A stretch of DNA of 64,000 nt from an uncultured Gammaproteobacteria bacterium (lineage in GTDB: Bacteria > Patescibacteriota > Microgenomatia > JALYQM01). Below, in pieces: positions 42,132 through 50,655 of this stretch (its first letter is position 1; the number at the start of each line of letters is the position of its first letter). A model generated the notes under the pieces. The model was not told where the DNA came from, did no database searches, and saw only the letters and a program-made list of their open reading frames with translations. The DNA lies in NCBI GenBank assembly GCA_964403585.1, contig CAYOFQ010000001.1, positions 520,630-584,629 of the forward strand, written 5' to 3'. Both the position numbers and the translations under genes were made by a program.

Positions 42132-43569
42132 CAACAGCATTGTATACCACTACTTCACCATAGTTATTCGCAGAACATAATCCGGACGCTTCAGTACTAC
42201 AATTGGATTGGGTATACGCTCCGGTTTTAAAATATGCACCCGAATACGCTCGTGTCAGTGTATAGGCCGGAGTAGCAGCTCCATTGTAATAAATCATCGT
42301 CTTCCCGCCACTCGCTACAAAGCGTACCGTAAATCGCTTTCCCAAAGTATAGTTTGAATCCAAAGTATATACATGCTGGTCTCCTCCCGGGGGATTTGTA
42401 CCAACATTGACATATAAATTCGGCAGTTCAAGACGAATAACAATCACATCATCATCGGCATCATGAATCTGTCCGGCCACTACGTGTTTTTTAGTCTGGG
42501 GTACGGCAGTAATTGCCTGATCTAATGTCATCGTGTGCGTACCACTGGTATTATTCCAGGCTGCATTAAAGGTTCCGTTACTGACCATCTCCCGCAATTC
42601 CGAGCGGGGATATTTTGATCCGGACGTATGCGCTCCATTAACTGGTGCTCTGAAAATTACTCCGTTACGCGAGGAATTAACTTTAAACCATTCATCTGTA
42701 TATGTCGCCAGCGCGGGTTGCTTAATTTCTGTTGGACTACTCCCGTTTAGGGGACTCGGCAGTGTAATTTTCCAATTCGTTAGATTTAATACCTGCGCAG
42801 GCAGGTTCCCTGTTCCGCCGGTTGGTATCGGGGTAGAAGTTGGTGTAGGTGAAGGAGATCTCGATGGATTCGTTGTTGCGGTTGGTGACGGTGTTACCGT
42901 TGCTGAAGGTGAAGGAGTTATTGTTGCCGACGAACTGGGAAAAACAGTATTCCCTTTAATTGCCAAAATATACATTGAATATGCGGTGACAGTACTATCG
43001 GATGCCGGCCCAAAATTTACAACACCTGCAGAATTGGAGTTCCTCTTCCATATGTCATATACACCAATCAGCCCCTGCTCATTCTTACGGAGTACAAATT
43101 GATTCAAATTACTGAAATCATCAGTAGTCATCTTAGTATAGTGAGACTGAATCCATGAAGGGACGCTTTGACCGGGTATCTTGCGATAATAAATATACAG
43201 ATCATGAGAACTCTGAAAATTAATAGACCAGGATAAGGTGGGTAGATCTTTTAATCCGGCATTTTCAGTTTGTATAAATGTAAGATTGCTCGGCATCGAT
43301 CCCGGAACCACAAAAAAAGTATAGCGCGAATCACCCGCGTACATTTGTGTGCCGGCTTGAACACACTGTTCAGTAAACGTTTTCCCGGGCGGGGGTTGTA
43401 TGGCATATCCGGTCGAACAGCTGACAGCGTACTGCAAATCAACGGAATTAATTTTAAGCAAACTTCGGGCCTGAGTAAAAACAACAAGGCTCAAAACAAA
43501 TACAGTGAGAATTACTATCAGATGGCTCCGCATACGCTCAGTATGACAGTTGTTAGTTCTCGCGGTCAA
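42121..43569 (-). CDS. Secreted protein: N-terminal 'YRKIPGQ' domain, PT/PS linker, C-terminal PL7-like (alginate lyase 2 family) polysaccharide lyase domain
   Basis: Signal peptide. PL7 signature trio RSELRE, QIH and YFKTGAYTQ. N-terminal domain IYYRKIPGQSVPSW..FVLRKNEQGLIGVYDIW. Confidence 0.8.
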   Translation of the reverse strand: MTARTNNCHTERMRSHLIVILTVFVLSLVVFTQARSLLKINSVDLQYAVSCSTGYAIQPPPGKTFTEQCVQAGTQMYAGDSRYTFFVVPGSMPSNLTFIQTENAGLKDLPTLSWSINFQSSHDLYIYYRKIPGQSVPSWIQSHYTKMTTDDFSNLNQFVLRKNEQGLIGVYDIWKRNSNSAGVVNFGPASDSTVTAYSMYILAIKGNTVFPSSSATITPSPSATVTPSPTATTNPSRSPSPTPTSTPIPTGGTGNLPAQVLNLTNWKITLPSPLNGSSPTEIKQPALATYTDEWFKVNSSRNGVIFRAPVNGAHTSGSKYPRSELREMVSNGTFNAAWNNTSGTHTMTLDQAITAVPQTKKHVVAGQIHDADDDVIVIRLELPNLYVNVGTNPPGGDQHVYTLDSNYTLGKRFTVRFVASGGKTMIYYNGAATPAYTLTRAYSGAYFKTGAYTQSNCSTEASGLCSANNYGEVVVYNAVVTH

Positions 43570-43918
43570 GTAATTTTTTTACCTTTCCGAGCAGATCATC
43601 CATTTCGAACGGTTTAGTAATAAAATCATCGGCACCGGCTTTGTGTGCCGAACCGTCAACGTCACGGCTTGCTGATATCATCAGAATCGGAATATCCTTG
43701 GTATGAGGACTGTTTTTTAGGAACGAGCATATTTCCCGTCCATCCTGACCGGACATCCAAATATCCAGAATCAGCAAATCGGGAAATTCCTTTTGCATCT
43801 TATATATTGTTTCGCCATCAACCGTCGTGGAAACCTCGTAGTCTTCCAGCTCGAGCATCATTTGCAGTGCATCAATAATAGCCGGATCGTCATCGGCGAT
43901 CATAATTTTCTTAGCCAT
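43553..43918 (-). CDS. Single-domain response regulator (CheY-like)
   Basis: 121 aa with the IADDD and LILDIWMSGQDG motifs and a distal Lys. Confidence 0.85.
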   Translation of the reverse strand: MAKKIMIADDDPAIIDALQMMLELEDYEVSTTVDGETIYKMQKEFPDLLILDIWMSGQDGREICSFLKNSPHTKDIPILMISASRDVDGSAHKAGADDFITKPFEMDDLLGKVKKLLDREN

Positions 43919-43920
43919 AC

Positions 43921-45441
43921 CTAATGCTTTGCTCCTTCCTGAGCGATACTATCCAGTGGCTGGTATGAAAAATATGCTGTGAGAGGTAACGAAAAGTAGA
44001 AAGTGGATCCTTTACCTTCAGTGCTCTCAACCCATATCTTTCCGCCCTGTCGCTTAATAATTTCGCTCGAAATATACAATCCCAATCCAAGGCCGGGGAA
44101 AGTCTCTTTGCGCGGACCGCTGACCCGGAAGAACTGCTCAAATACTTTGTCTTTATTGTCTTCAGGGATACCGACACCTGAATCACGTACACTCAGTGTT
44201 ACACACTCTGGTGCAATTTCTGTCGCAATTTCTGTCGCAACTTCGATAGTATCAGCATACGGAGAATATTTAATTGCATTGGACAGTAAATTTGTTATAA
44301 CCTGCCCGGTACGCTCCCGGTCTCCAAAAACAGTAACCGGCTTGTTCGAGCGTATTTTAATAGTATGTCGTTCAGTTGTATGTTGTAATTCCCCGACAAT
44401 CTCTTCAACTAATGCATGGAACATGTACTCTTCCTGCTCAAATTGTAATTTTCCTGCCTGAATCTTGGTCACATCGAGAAGATCACCAATCAAATTAGTC
44501 AATTTATTGACCTGTGCATCCATTTTTCCCAACAACTCAACCGCTTTGGTATCACCTTTGCGTTTGAAAATAGTTTGCAGCACCTGACCATATGCTTTAA
44601 TGCTCGTTACCGGAGTTTTCAATTCATGACTCGCGATTCCGAGAAACTCATCTTTTTTCCGTTCGAGTTCTTTCCGTTCGGTAATGTCTGAGGCAATCGC
44701 AACAATTGTTTGCAGCTTGCCATCCGCGTCCAAAAGTGGAGTTGCCGAAACATTAACATCAATTAAACTGCCGTCTTTTCGTTGTCGCACCAGATCACGC
44801 GTAAACGATTTACCTTGGTGCAACAGCGCCATCAGTTCCTGAAATTCCCAAAAGCGATCCTGTTGGGCTATCGGGAGTATCTTTCCGACAACTTCATCTT
44901 CCTTCCAGCCAAAAATCTCCTCCGAAACCTTATTCCACATTGTCACAATACCGTCGCCATTTAAGACATAGATAGCTAGTGGCGAAGATTGAATAATCGT
45001 TTCCAGCGCGGAATTTGATTCTCGTAAAATACGTTCTGATGCTTTATGTTCAGTAATATTTTGTAATGTAATTAGTACGGATAATTCACCCTTGAACATA
45101 ATCCGCAGGGAGACAATCTCCACGTCAATAATACTTCCATCAAGTCGAATCAGCCGTTCATAGATCACGTCGGTAAACTGTTTGCCCTTGCTGTAAATAG
45201 CTGCCATTCGTTCTTTAACTATTTCCACAAAGTCAGGGTGAATAAAACGCATTACCGATTGGCCGATGACATCTTTTTTACTTTTTGCGCCAATCAGTTT
45301 AAGTGCGTATTTGTTTGCGTAAACAAGCACACCGCGGGTATGAATTACAATCGGCAGTGGAGTGATGTTCAACAACCGTTCGTACGAGACGTGAGTATCC
45401 TGATTCGGAGATTCCGCGGAAGGTAAAGCTGCCTTTTTCAT
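43921..45441 (-). CDS. Cytoplasmic multi-PAS sensor histidine kinase
   Basis: PAS repeats. H-box IASHELKTPVTSI. HATPase_c. 506 aa. Confidence 0.85.
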   Translation of the reverse strand: MKKAALPSAESPNQDTHVSYERLLNITPLPIVIHTRGVLVYANKYALKLIGAKSKKDVIGQSVMRFIHPDFVEIVKERMAAIYSKGKQFTDVIYERLIRLDGSIIDVEIVSLRIMFKGELSVLITLQNITEHKASERILRESNSALETIIQSSPLAIYVLNGDGIVTMWNKVSEEIFGWKEDEVVGKILPIAQQDRFWEFQELMALLHQGKSFTRDLVRQRKDGSLIDVNVSATPLLDADGKLQTIVAIASDITERKELERKKDEFLGIASHELKTPVTSIKAYGQVLQTIFKRKGDTKAVELLGKMDAQVNKLTNLIGDLLDVTKIQAGKLQFEQEEYMFHALVEEIVGELQHTTERHTIKIRSNKPVTVFGDRERTGQVITNLLSNAIKYSPYADTIEVATEIATEIAPECVTLSVRDSGVGIPEDNKDKVFEQFFRVSGPRKETFPGLGLGLYISSEIIKRQGGKIWVESTEGKGSTFYFSLPLTAYFSYQPLDSIAQEGAKH

Positions 45442-45502
45442 AACGACTTAGATGATTCTAAACCCTTAGAGAAAATATATCAACAATGATATAACGTTTG
45501 GA

Positions 45503-46396
45503 TTATTTCTTTTCAGCTGCCATAAGCGGTATCAGAGCGGACTGTGCTGAGCCTTCAGGTACCAGTGTCAAATCACTCTGTCCTTCGGCGATTCGTTGAT
45601 ACTCTAAAATTTCATACATCGTCGAAAGCACATCGGGATCTTTGGCAATTTCATTCAACGTCGCTCCAACTACCTGCGGACGTACAGCTGCTGCCTTAGC
45701 AAATTCAATCGAAGCTTCCTGCTCTGCTTTACTGGCGATAATATTCACCTGGTTTACACCATCCTGTTCAATCGCCGAGGTTACCTGGCGTAACTGGTTA
45801 ACGACTTTCTCTTCAATCTGCCGGATCATCACATCGTCTCTAAAATGTACTTTACGAATATACACAGATCCTAATTTATATCCCCACTCGGAAGATTCAT
45901 CACTTACTTCCTGACGCACCACCCGGGACATCTCGTGTCGATTAATAAGCATTTCGGAAAGCGGCAAGTTGCTCAATGACTTAATTGTCGCGTTTTTAAC
46001 ATTCGCGGTCAGCGATCCCTGCGGGTCAACATTTTTAAAAATGTGCGCAATCGGATCCGAAATAAACATCTCGTACCAGACACCAATTCCCATTGGTGTT
46101 CCTTCTTCCGAGTTAACAGGAATACTGCGAATATATTGCTGATCCAAACTTAAACTGCGTGTGTAACAGCGCCCGAGCCAATTTACAAATAATGCCCTCC
46201 AGCCCAACACCGGCCAGAGCAAATGAAAGCCCGGCTCGTCCAGAGAACCGACAATATCTCCGAATAAAACATACACTTTAGCTTCGCGCTCATGGACAAT
46301 CGCATAGACACCGAGTAGGCGGCAGACAAACAAAATAAACCGCTCGGCGATAAAACAGACAAATATTGTTACAATTATTATCGGCAAATTAGTCAT
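45503..46396 (-). CDS. SPFH/band-7 domain membrane protein
   Basis: N-terminal TM helix plus SPFH core. 297 aa. Confidence 0.6.
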   Translation of the reverse strand: MTNLPIIIVTIFVCFIAERFILFVCRLLGVYAIVHEREAKVYVLFGDIVGSLDEPGFHLLWPVLGWRALFVNWLGRCYTRSLSLDQQYIRSIPVNSEEGTPMGIGVWYEMFISDPIAHIFKNVDPQGSLTANVKNATIKSLSNLPLSEMLINRHEMSRVVRQEVSDESSEWGYKLGSVYIRKVHFRDDVMIRQIEEKVVNQLRQVTSAIEQDGVNQVNIIASKAEQEASIEFAKAAAVRPQVVGATLNEIAKDPDVLSTMYEILEYQRIAEGQSDLTLVPEGSAQSALIPLMAAEKK

Positions 46397-47375
46397 GTTT
46401 GGCCTCTAAGAATATCCGTCGTGCTTTCGACAATAAGGCTAATTTTACATTACGAACATAGGCCGGCAGTGTTTTATTTCCGCTGTGTTTAATAGCCTGC
46501 AACTGAGCTGCAACCTGTTGCAGCATCTGTACTTCTGCCTGCGCTTTAAGCGTTTCAATTTGCACCGAGGTTTTCGATTGCACAATTTTCTGATCAGCCG
46601 AAGCCTGAGCCAAACTGATCTCTGATGATACATGATTATGTGCGGTATTGATCGCGGCCAGAGCGGACTCAACTTCGGCCGGTGGCTCAATGGCCGTAAT
46701 GAGCGCCGCATCCAGTGTGATACCGTAACGGGCAGCGGAAGATTTGCATTCTTCTTCCATATAGGTATTAAACTGGCCGAGATTCTTGCGCAGATCATTA
46801 ATGGATGTACCTAAGGACGCATGTAATGATGTCTGCGGACCTTCTTCTTTCTGTGGTGATTCAAAATTAGCCACGCGTTCACGCAGGATCGAGATGAAAT
46901 ATCCCATGACATGAGCGATCGGCGCAGTTACCCCAAAAAGATAACCATACAAATTGCGCTCGGAAACCGTATACCGCAGCTGTCCACGCAGTTTAATATT
47001 CAGCTGATCCTTGGTTACTGCTTCAAGTGCCGTATTATTATCATTGGCATAGGCATTTTCGGGGTCATATGCAATGTCGATCAGCTCTGTTGCAACAGAT
47101 ACTTTATGGATTTTTTCCCAGGGAAATTTAAAATACGGACCACCCGGTTTAATAACCTGAAGCTGCGGAAAACTGTAACGTGATCGTTCATCATCACGCA
47201 GAGAGTCGGCAAAATCGGGAATATCCAAAGTGGTAGCATTTTCCAGTCGCTGCGCACGGCCAAAAACAGTTTTGACGGCACGTTCGTTTTGCTGAACAAC
47301 ATAAAAGCCCTGCAGAACACAGCGGATAATGGCGTAGAAAACAATTCCTAAATAAATTCCGAAGAGGGCTTCCAT
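46389..47375 (-). CDS. SPFH/band-7 domain membrane protein (HflK/C-like partner)
   Basis: N-terminal TM helix. SPFH core followed by a coiled-coil tail. Overlaps its partner gene by 8 nt. Confidence 0.6.
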   Translation of the reverse strand: MEALFGIYLGIVFYAIIRCVLQGFYVVQQNERAVKTVFGRAQRLENATTLDIPDFADSLRDDERSRYSFPQLQVIKPGGPYFKFPWEKIHKVSVATELIDIAYDPENAYANDNNTALEAVTKDQLNIKLRGQLRYTVSERNLYGYLFGVTAPIAHVMGYFISILRERVANFESPQKEEGPQTSLHASLGTSINDLRKNLGQFNTYMEEECKSSAARYGITLDAALITAIEPPAEVESALAAINTAHNHVSSEISLAQASADQKIVQSKTSVQIETLKAQAEVQMLQQVAAQLQAIKHSGNKTLPAYVRNVKLALLSKARRIFLEAKHD

Positions 47376-47426
47376 ATCTACATTCTACTACCAAAAATAA
47401 AAAAACAATAGCATACTATTAAATAT

Positions 47427-48572
47427 ATGAATAAATATGTCTCGCTCTCCTTCATTGTCCTCATTGTTATCGCGGCGTTAGCTGGCGGATATTATTTAGG
47501 TATGCGGCAGTCCCGCCCGGAACAAAACCCAACAGTCTCTCAAAGAGATTCTGCTCCGACTTCTCCAGATTCAGCAACTGAAGAACAATCTGCTTCATCA
47601 GAGTCTGCCACGGTGACCACCGCCACTCCCAAAGCCAGATCCTCCATTAATATGAAAGCGTTGCCGCTCGGCGACAACAAAGTTACCACAACTCCCAAAG
47701 TGGGATATATCTATTCCTGCCAAAAACAGTCGGACGAAAACGGTGGTGGAGCGGGTGTTGATGGTCCATGGATTAATAAAACAACCAATACCTGGGATTA
47801 CACACAAAAAGTAACCGTGAGCGGAGAAGTAATCTGGAAAAATGCCAAGTGGAGTGTTACAGAAAATGGAGCAACCCGAACACTTACAGGAAACGGATTG
47901 CCCTCACATAAAACCGGCACCTATCCTATTCAATCATCAGACGATGCATACAAGTACGATCGCAACCCGAACTCTATTAAAGAACAAACACTGAGTCTGA
48001 ATCTCCCCACCACTCCTACCCAACTTGCTTCAGCTGAATGTGTGGGCGGAGAAGTCGGCATTATGCTCACAGGTATACCGATTTTTAACGGCTTCGATGC
48101 CGATAGCCGCGATGCTGCCGCTCATGAAATTCAGGACGACTGTGCTGGCCACCCGCAGGTAAGCGGTCAATATCACTATCACAGTCCAAGTAAATGTTTG
48201 AAAGACACTCCTGCCGCTACCGAGCACTCCGCCCTCGTTGGCTACGCCTTTGACGGGTTCGGAATATACGGAATTAAAGGACAAAACGGTGTTGAACTCT
48301 CCACACAGGATCTGGATGTCTGTCATGGTCATACGCATGAAATAGTGTGGGACGGTCAAAAGAAAACCATGTACCATTATCATCTCACCAATGATTTCCC
48401 GTATAGTGTTAGCTGTTTCCGCGGCAAAAAAGCAGTCAACGGCCCGCTTAGCGGTAAAACCGAGGGTATGCAACAGGGCGGACAGCAATCCGGTCAGAGC
48501 CAAATGTCCGGCCAGGGTCCCGGCGGGCAGCGCATGCCACCACCTCCGGGCGGTGCTCCACCTCAAAATTAG
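47427..48572 (+). CDS. Secreted YHYH-motif protein with a Gln/Gly-rich C-terminal tail
   Basis: Signal anchor. GQYHYHSP, HGHTHE and YHYHLTNDFPY motifs. C-terminal QQGGQQSGQSQ..PPPPGGAPP. Confidence 0.6.
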   Translation: MNKYVSLSFIVLIVIAALAGGYYLGMRQSRPEQNPTVSQRDSAPTSPDSATEEQSASSESATVTTATPKARSSINMKALPLGDNKVTTTPKVGYIYSCQKQSDENGGGAGVDGPWINKTTNTWDYTQKVTVSGEVIWKNAKWSVTENGATRTLTGNGLPSHKTGTYPIQSSDDAYKYDRNPNSIKEQTLSLNLPTTPTQLASAECVGGEVGIMLTGIPIFNGFDADSRDAAAHEIQDDCAGHPQVSGQYHYHSPSKCLKDTPAATEHSALVGYAFDGFGIYGIKGQNGVELSTQDLDVCHGHTHEIVWDGQKKTMYHYHLTNDFPYSVSCFRGKKAVNGPLSGKTEGMQQGGQQSGQSQMSGQGPGGQRMPPPPGGAPPQN

Positions 48573-48605
48573 AGAAAAGTCCAACAAATCTATATCCTAT
48601 AGTAA

Positions 48606-48634
48606 TTGACAAAATGATAAAGTTGTGGTATTAT
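48606..48634 (+). promoter_or_regulatory. Near-consensus sigma70 promoter with an extended -10 (TTGACA, 17 nt, TGgTATTAT)
   Basis: Hexamers, spacing and the TGn element read directly. Downstream is a ~420 nt leader with no credible ORF before the ATG at 49054. Confidence 0.65.
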
Positions 48635-48677
48635 GGGCAGTAACATCACGCTCAAAAACGCGCACCTTTACAACTGA

Positions 48678-48699
48678 TTTTTCTCAGCAAAGAGACATA
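48678..48699 (+). repeat. Direct repeat R1 copy 1 (tttttctcagcaaagagacata)
   Basis: An exact 22-nt match recurs at 48843-48864. Confidence 0.8.
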
Positions 48700-48709
48700 G
48701 TTACTAATT

Positions 48710-48792
48710 CCGTTCGCTTCACCCTACACAACATCGAAAAACCGCGCCGCCCCTCAGACTTGCTCTATTTACTATGTTTGTTTGGTGAGAAA
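48710..48792 (+). repeat. Direct repeat R2 copy 1 (~80 bp, about 70% identical to 49673-49751)
   Basis: Shared blocks ccgtt..cgcttcaccct and cgc.ccgcc.ctcagacttg.tct.tt..tatgttt.ttt..tgagaaa. Confidence 0.7.
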
Positions 48793-48842
48793 GATCAGTG
48801 TTGGTGTACTACACGAATTAATCTGCCCTTTAAAAACTACAT

Positions 48843-48864
48843 TTTTCTCAGCAAAGAGACATAA
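48843..48864 (+). repeat. Direct repeat R1 copy 2
   Basis: Exact repeat of 48678-48699. Confidence 0.8.
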
Positions 48865-48937
48865 TACACGTCTTCTGCTTCGATATCCGTCTCGAAAAGC
48901 AGGAACAGTATCTATAACTCTCTTGCTCTTAATGGAT

Positions 48938-48994
48938 GTATCAGGACGCACCTGCAATTGAGAACGTCACTCGATTTCACATGCGTCCTGATAC
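48938..48994 (+). promoter_or_regulatory. Perfect 13-bp inverted repeat (gtatcaggacgca / tgcgtcctgatac) with a 31-nt spacer in the leader upstream of the 49054 ORF
   Basis: Read directly from the sequence. Candidate RNA hairpin or dimeric regulator operator. Confidence 0.5.
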
Positions 48995-49053
48995 CAACCC
49001 AGCCCAAACTATTGTCTTCCGAAACCAACAAAATTCAAAGGAGGAACACCACG

Positions 49054-49656
49054 ATGACCACCGCCCAAGCCCTAACCGCACTGGCGGACTACACGCTCGC
49101 ACCGACGTTCATCAACTATGTACTCAGTCAGGTTTCCTATCCTGACCAATACACCGCGGATTCCCTGGAGCCGATGATGGCGTTGCTCGAAGATCACTTC
49201 CGAACGAGAACATCAATCTCGTTCAACGGGATCTTTGCCAGAGCAGCAATCGCGGCCCTCGAAATGGAAGTGTGTGGCGACACCGGAATGCGGACATCCA
49301 AAGGTAAAAGCCCATACATCTTCGAGTTCGACGGCGGTTACACCCGTCAAGTCACCATCTGGATGCCGCGTTCGAACATGTCGGCCTTCATCGGCGAAGA
49401 CGGACGGACAATCCGCCCGATCCAAGTCGCCCTTGAAAGGCTGAGTGTTTTGCTCAAGGTTGAAGAGTTCGTGGGGTTCGGCCCGTACGTGAGTGTTTCT
49501 CAACAACACTTCGCCTGGCGGGTCAGCCTTGAGCCGGTTCCGGAACGTCATCACGGCCCGAAGTACGCTATTCTTGACCAGAGTATCGGCAAAGTCGCCG
49601 CGTTCGCCGCACAAATGGCCGAACGTAACGGCTTTCGCCCTGTCATCTGGGAATAG
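49054..49656 (+). CDS. Hypothetical protein encoded by a GC-rich (apparently foreign) ORF
   Basis: RBS AAAGGAGG lies 9 nt upstream of the ATG. GC and codon usage (GCC/CGC/GGC rich) are visibly higher than in flanking genes. TAG stop. The ORF is bracketed by repeats R1 and R2. Confidence 0.6.
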   Translation: MTTAQALTALADYTLAPTFINYVLSQVSYPDQYTADSLEPMMALLEDHFRTRTSISFNGIFARAAIAALEMEVCGDTGMRTSKGKSPYIFEFDGGYTRQVTIWMPRSNMSAFIGEDGRTIRPIQVALERLSVLLKVEEFVGFGPYVSVSQQHFAWRVSLEPVPERHHGPKYAILDQSIGKVAAFAAQMAERNGFRPVIWE

Positions 49657-49672
49657 CAGTCACCATTCATAA

Positions 49673-49751
49673 CCCGTTCCGCACCCGCTTCACCCTTGAT
49701 CACCGCTCCGCCTCTCAGACTTGTTCTTATTATGTTTCTTTATTGAGAAAA
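49673..49751 (+). repeat. Direct repeat R2 copy 2
   Basis: Imperfect copy of 48710-48792, located immediately after the GC-rich ORF and upstream of the 49778 gene. Confidence 0.7.
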
Positions 49752-49777
49752 ATCCCCAAACGTTCTACCATCGCAGT

Positions 49778-50134
49778 ATGAACACAACAACCGAAATTCC
49801 GGATATTTGCCCGGCGTGCCAAACATTAAACCACCCATCCGATACGTTTTGTTCGAAGTGCGGCAAACAACTGCACGAGTCGGCGCTCTCAACCACACCG
49901 TCAAAACAAATAATAATTTATCTCGTGAGCTTTTTCCTCGCGCCTTTCGGACTGTGGTGGGGGATGAAATATCTTCGTTCAGCAGATAAAAAAGTTAAAA
50001 GAATCGGCATTATTTCAATTATCTTAACCGTGCTCGCCCTGCTCCTCTCGGTAGCCCTGGTCGGGTCAATTATGAATACGGTTAATAGCCAACTGAATAC
50101 CAATATCGAGCAATATAACAGTCTTGGCATTTAG
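49778..50134 (+). CDS. Zinc-ribbon plus two-TM membrane protein
   Basis: N-terminal CPAC..CSKCG ribbon, then two hydrophobic helices. The ATG at 49778 is preferred over the track's upstream alternative start. Confidence 0.55.
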   Translation: MNTTTEIPDICPACQTLNHPSDTFCSKCGKQLHESALSTTPSKQIIIYLVSFFLAPFGLWWGMKYLRSADKKVKRIGIISIILTVLALLLSVALVGSIMNTVNSQLNTNIEQYNSLGI

Positions 50135-50224
50135 GTGATTAGGGCGTACAATAGCATAATCACCCGCACCTTATAACAAAGTAACACAGGCAGCTGCTAC
50201 TTGGCTGTCATCTTTTTTGCGCAT

Positions 50225-50605
50225 ATGTTGAAAACGTATAAAACTTTTTATTCATTCATGTTCCGTTACAAATGGCGTTTTATCGCCTTTGTAATAACCT
50301 TAATTTGCTATTCCGTTGCCGGAAGTATTCAGCCGTATTTTTACAAACTGTTTTTAGATGCGATACCTGACAAAAATTACGATGTGCTGCTTAATATTCT
50401 GATCATGTTTATCGGGCTGCGCATTCTCCAGGTATTTCTGGATATGGCCACCTATTATTTAAGTGACGTGGTAACCTTTGCTGCCGGTCGTGATGCCCGG
50501 ATAACCATTTTTAAAAAAATCCAGGATTTGGACTTTGCTTATCATGCCAGTAAAAGTACCGGAGCATTGATCAGTGCCGTAAAAAGAGGAGATGGTGCTT
50601 TTTAA
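50225..50605 (+). pseudogene. Truncated N-terminal fragment of an ABC exporter (MsbA-like transmembrane domain)
   Basis: ABC_membrane helix 1-3 pattern (YKWRFIAFVITLI..FYKLFLDAI..RILQVFL). Stops after 127-134 aa. No ATPase domain follows. Confidence 0.5.
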
Positions 50606-50655
50606 GTACCCTTATCGAAAGCAAAAAAACAGAATTAGTCGCGCTGCTCATAGTA

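Noticed and set aside
48625-48864. 79-aa ORF (MVLWAVTSRSK...) and the upstream extension 48958-49053 of the GC-rich ORF
   Set aside because: The 79-aa ORF begins inside the -10 element of the consensus promoter and has no RBS. The N-terminal extension spans the 13-bp inverted repeat and also lacks an RBS. The ATG at 49054 with AAAGGAGG is far more convincing, so this region is treated as an untranslated leader.
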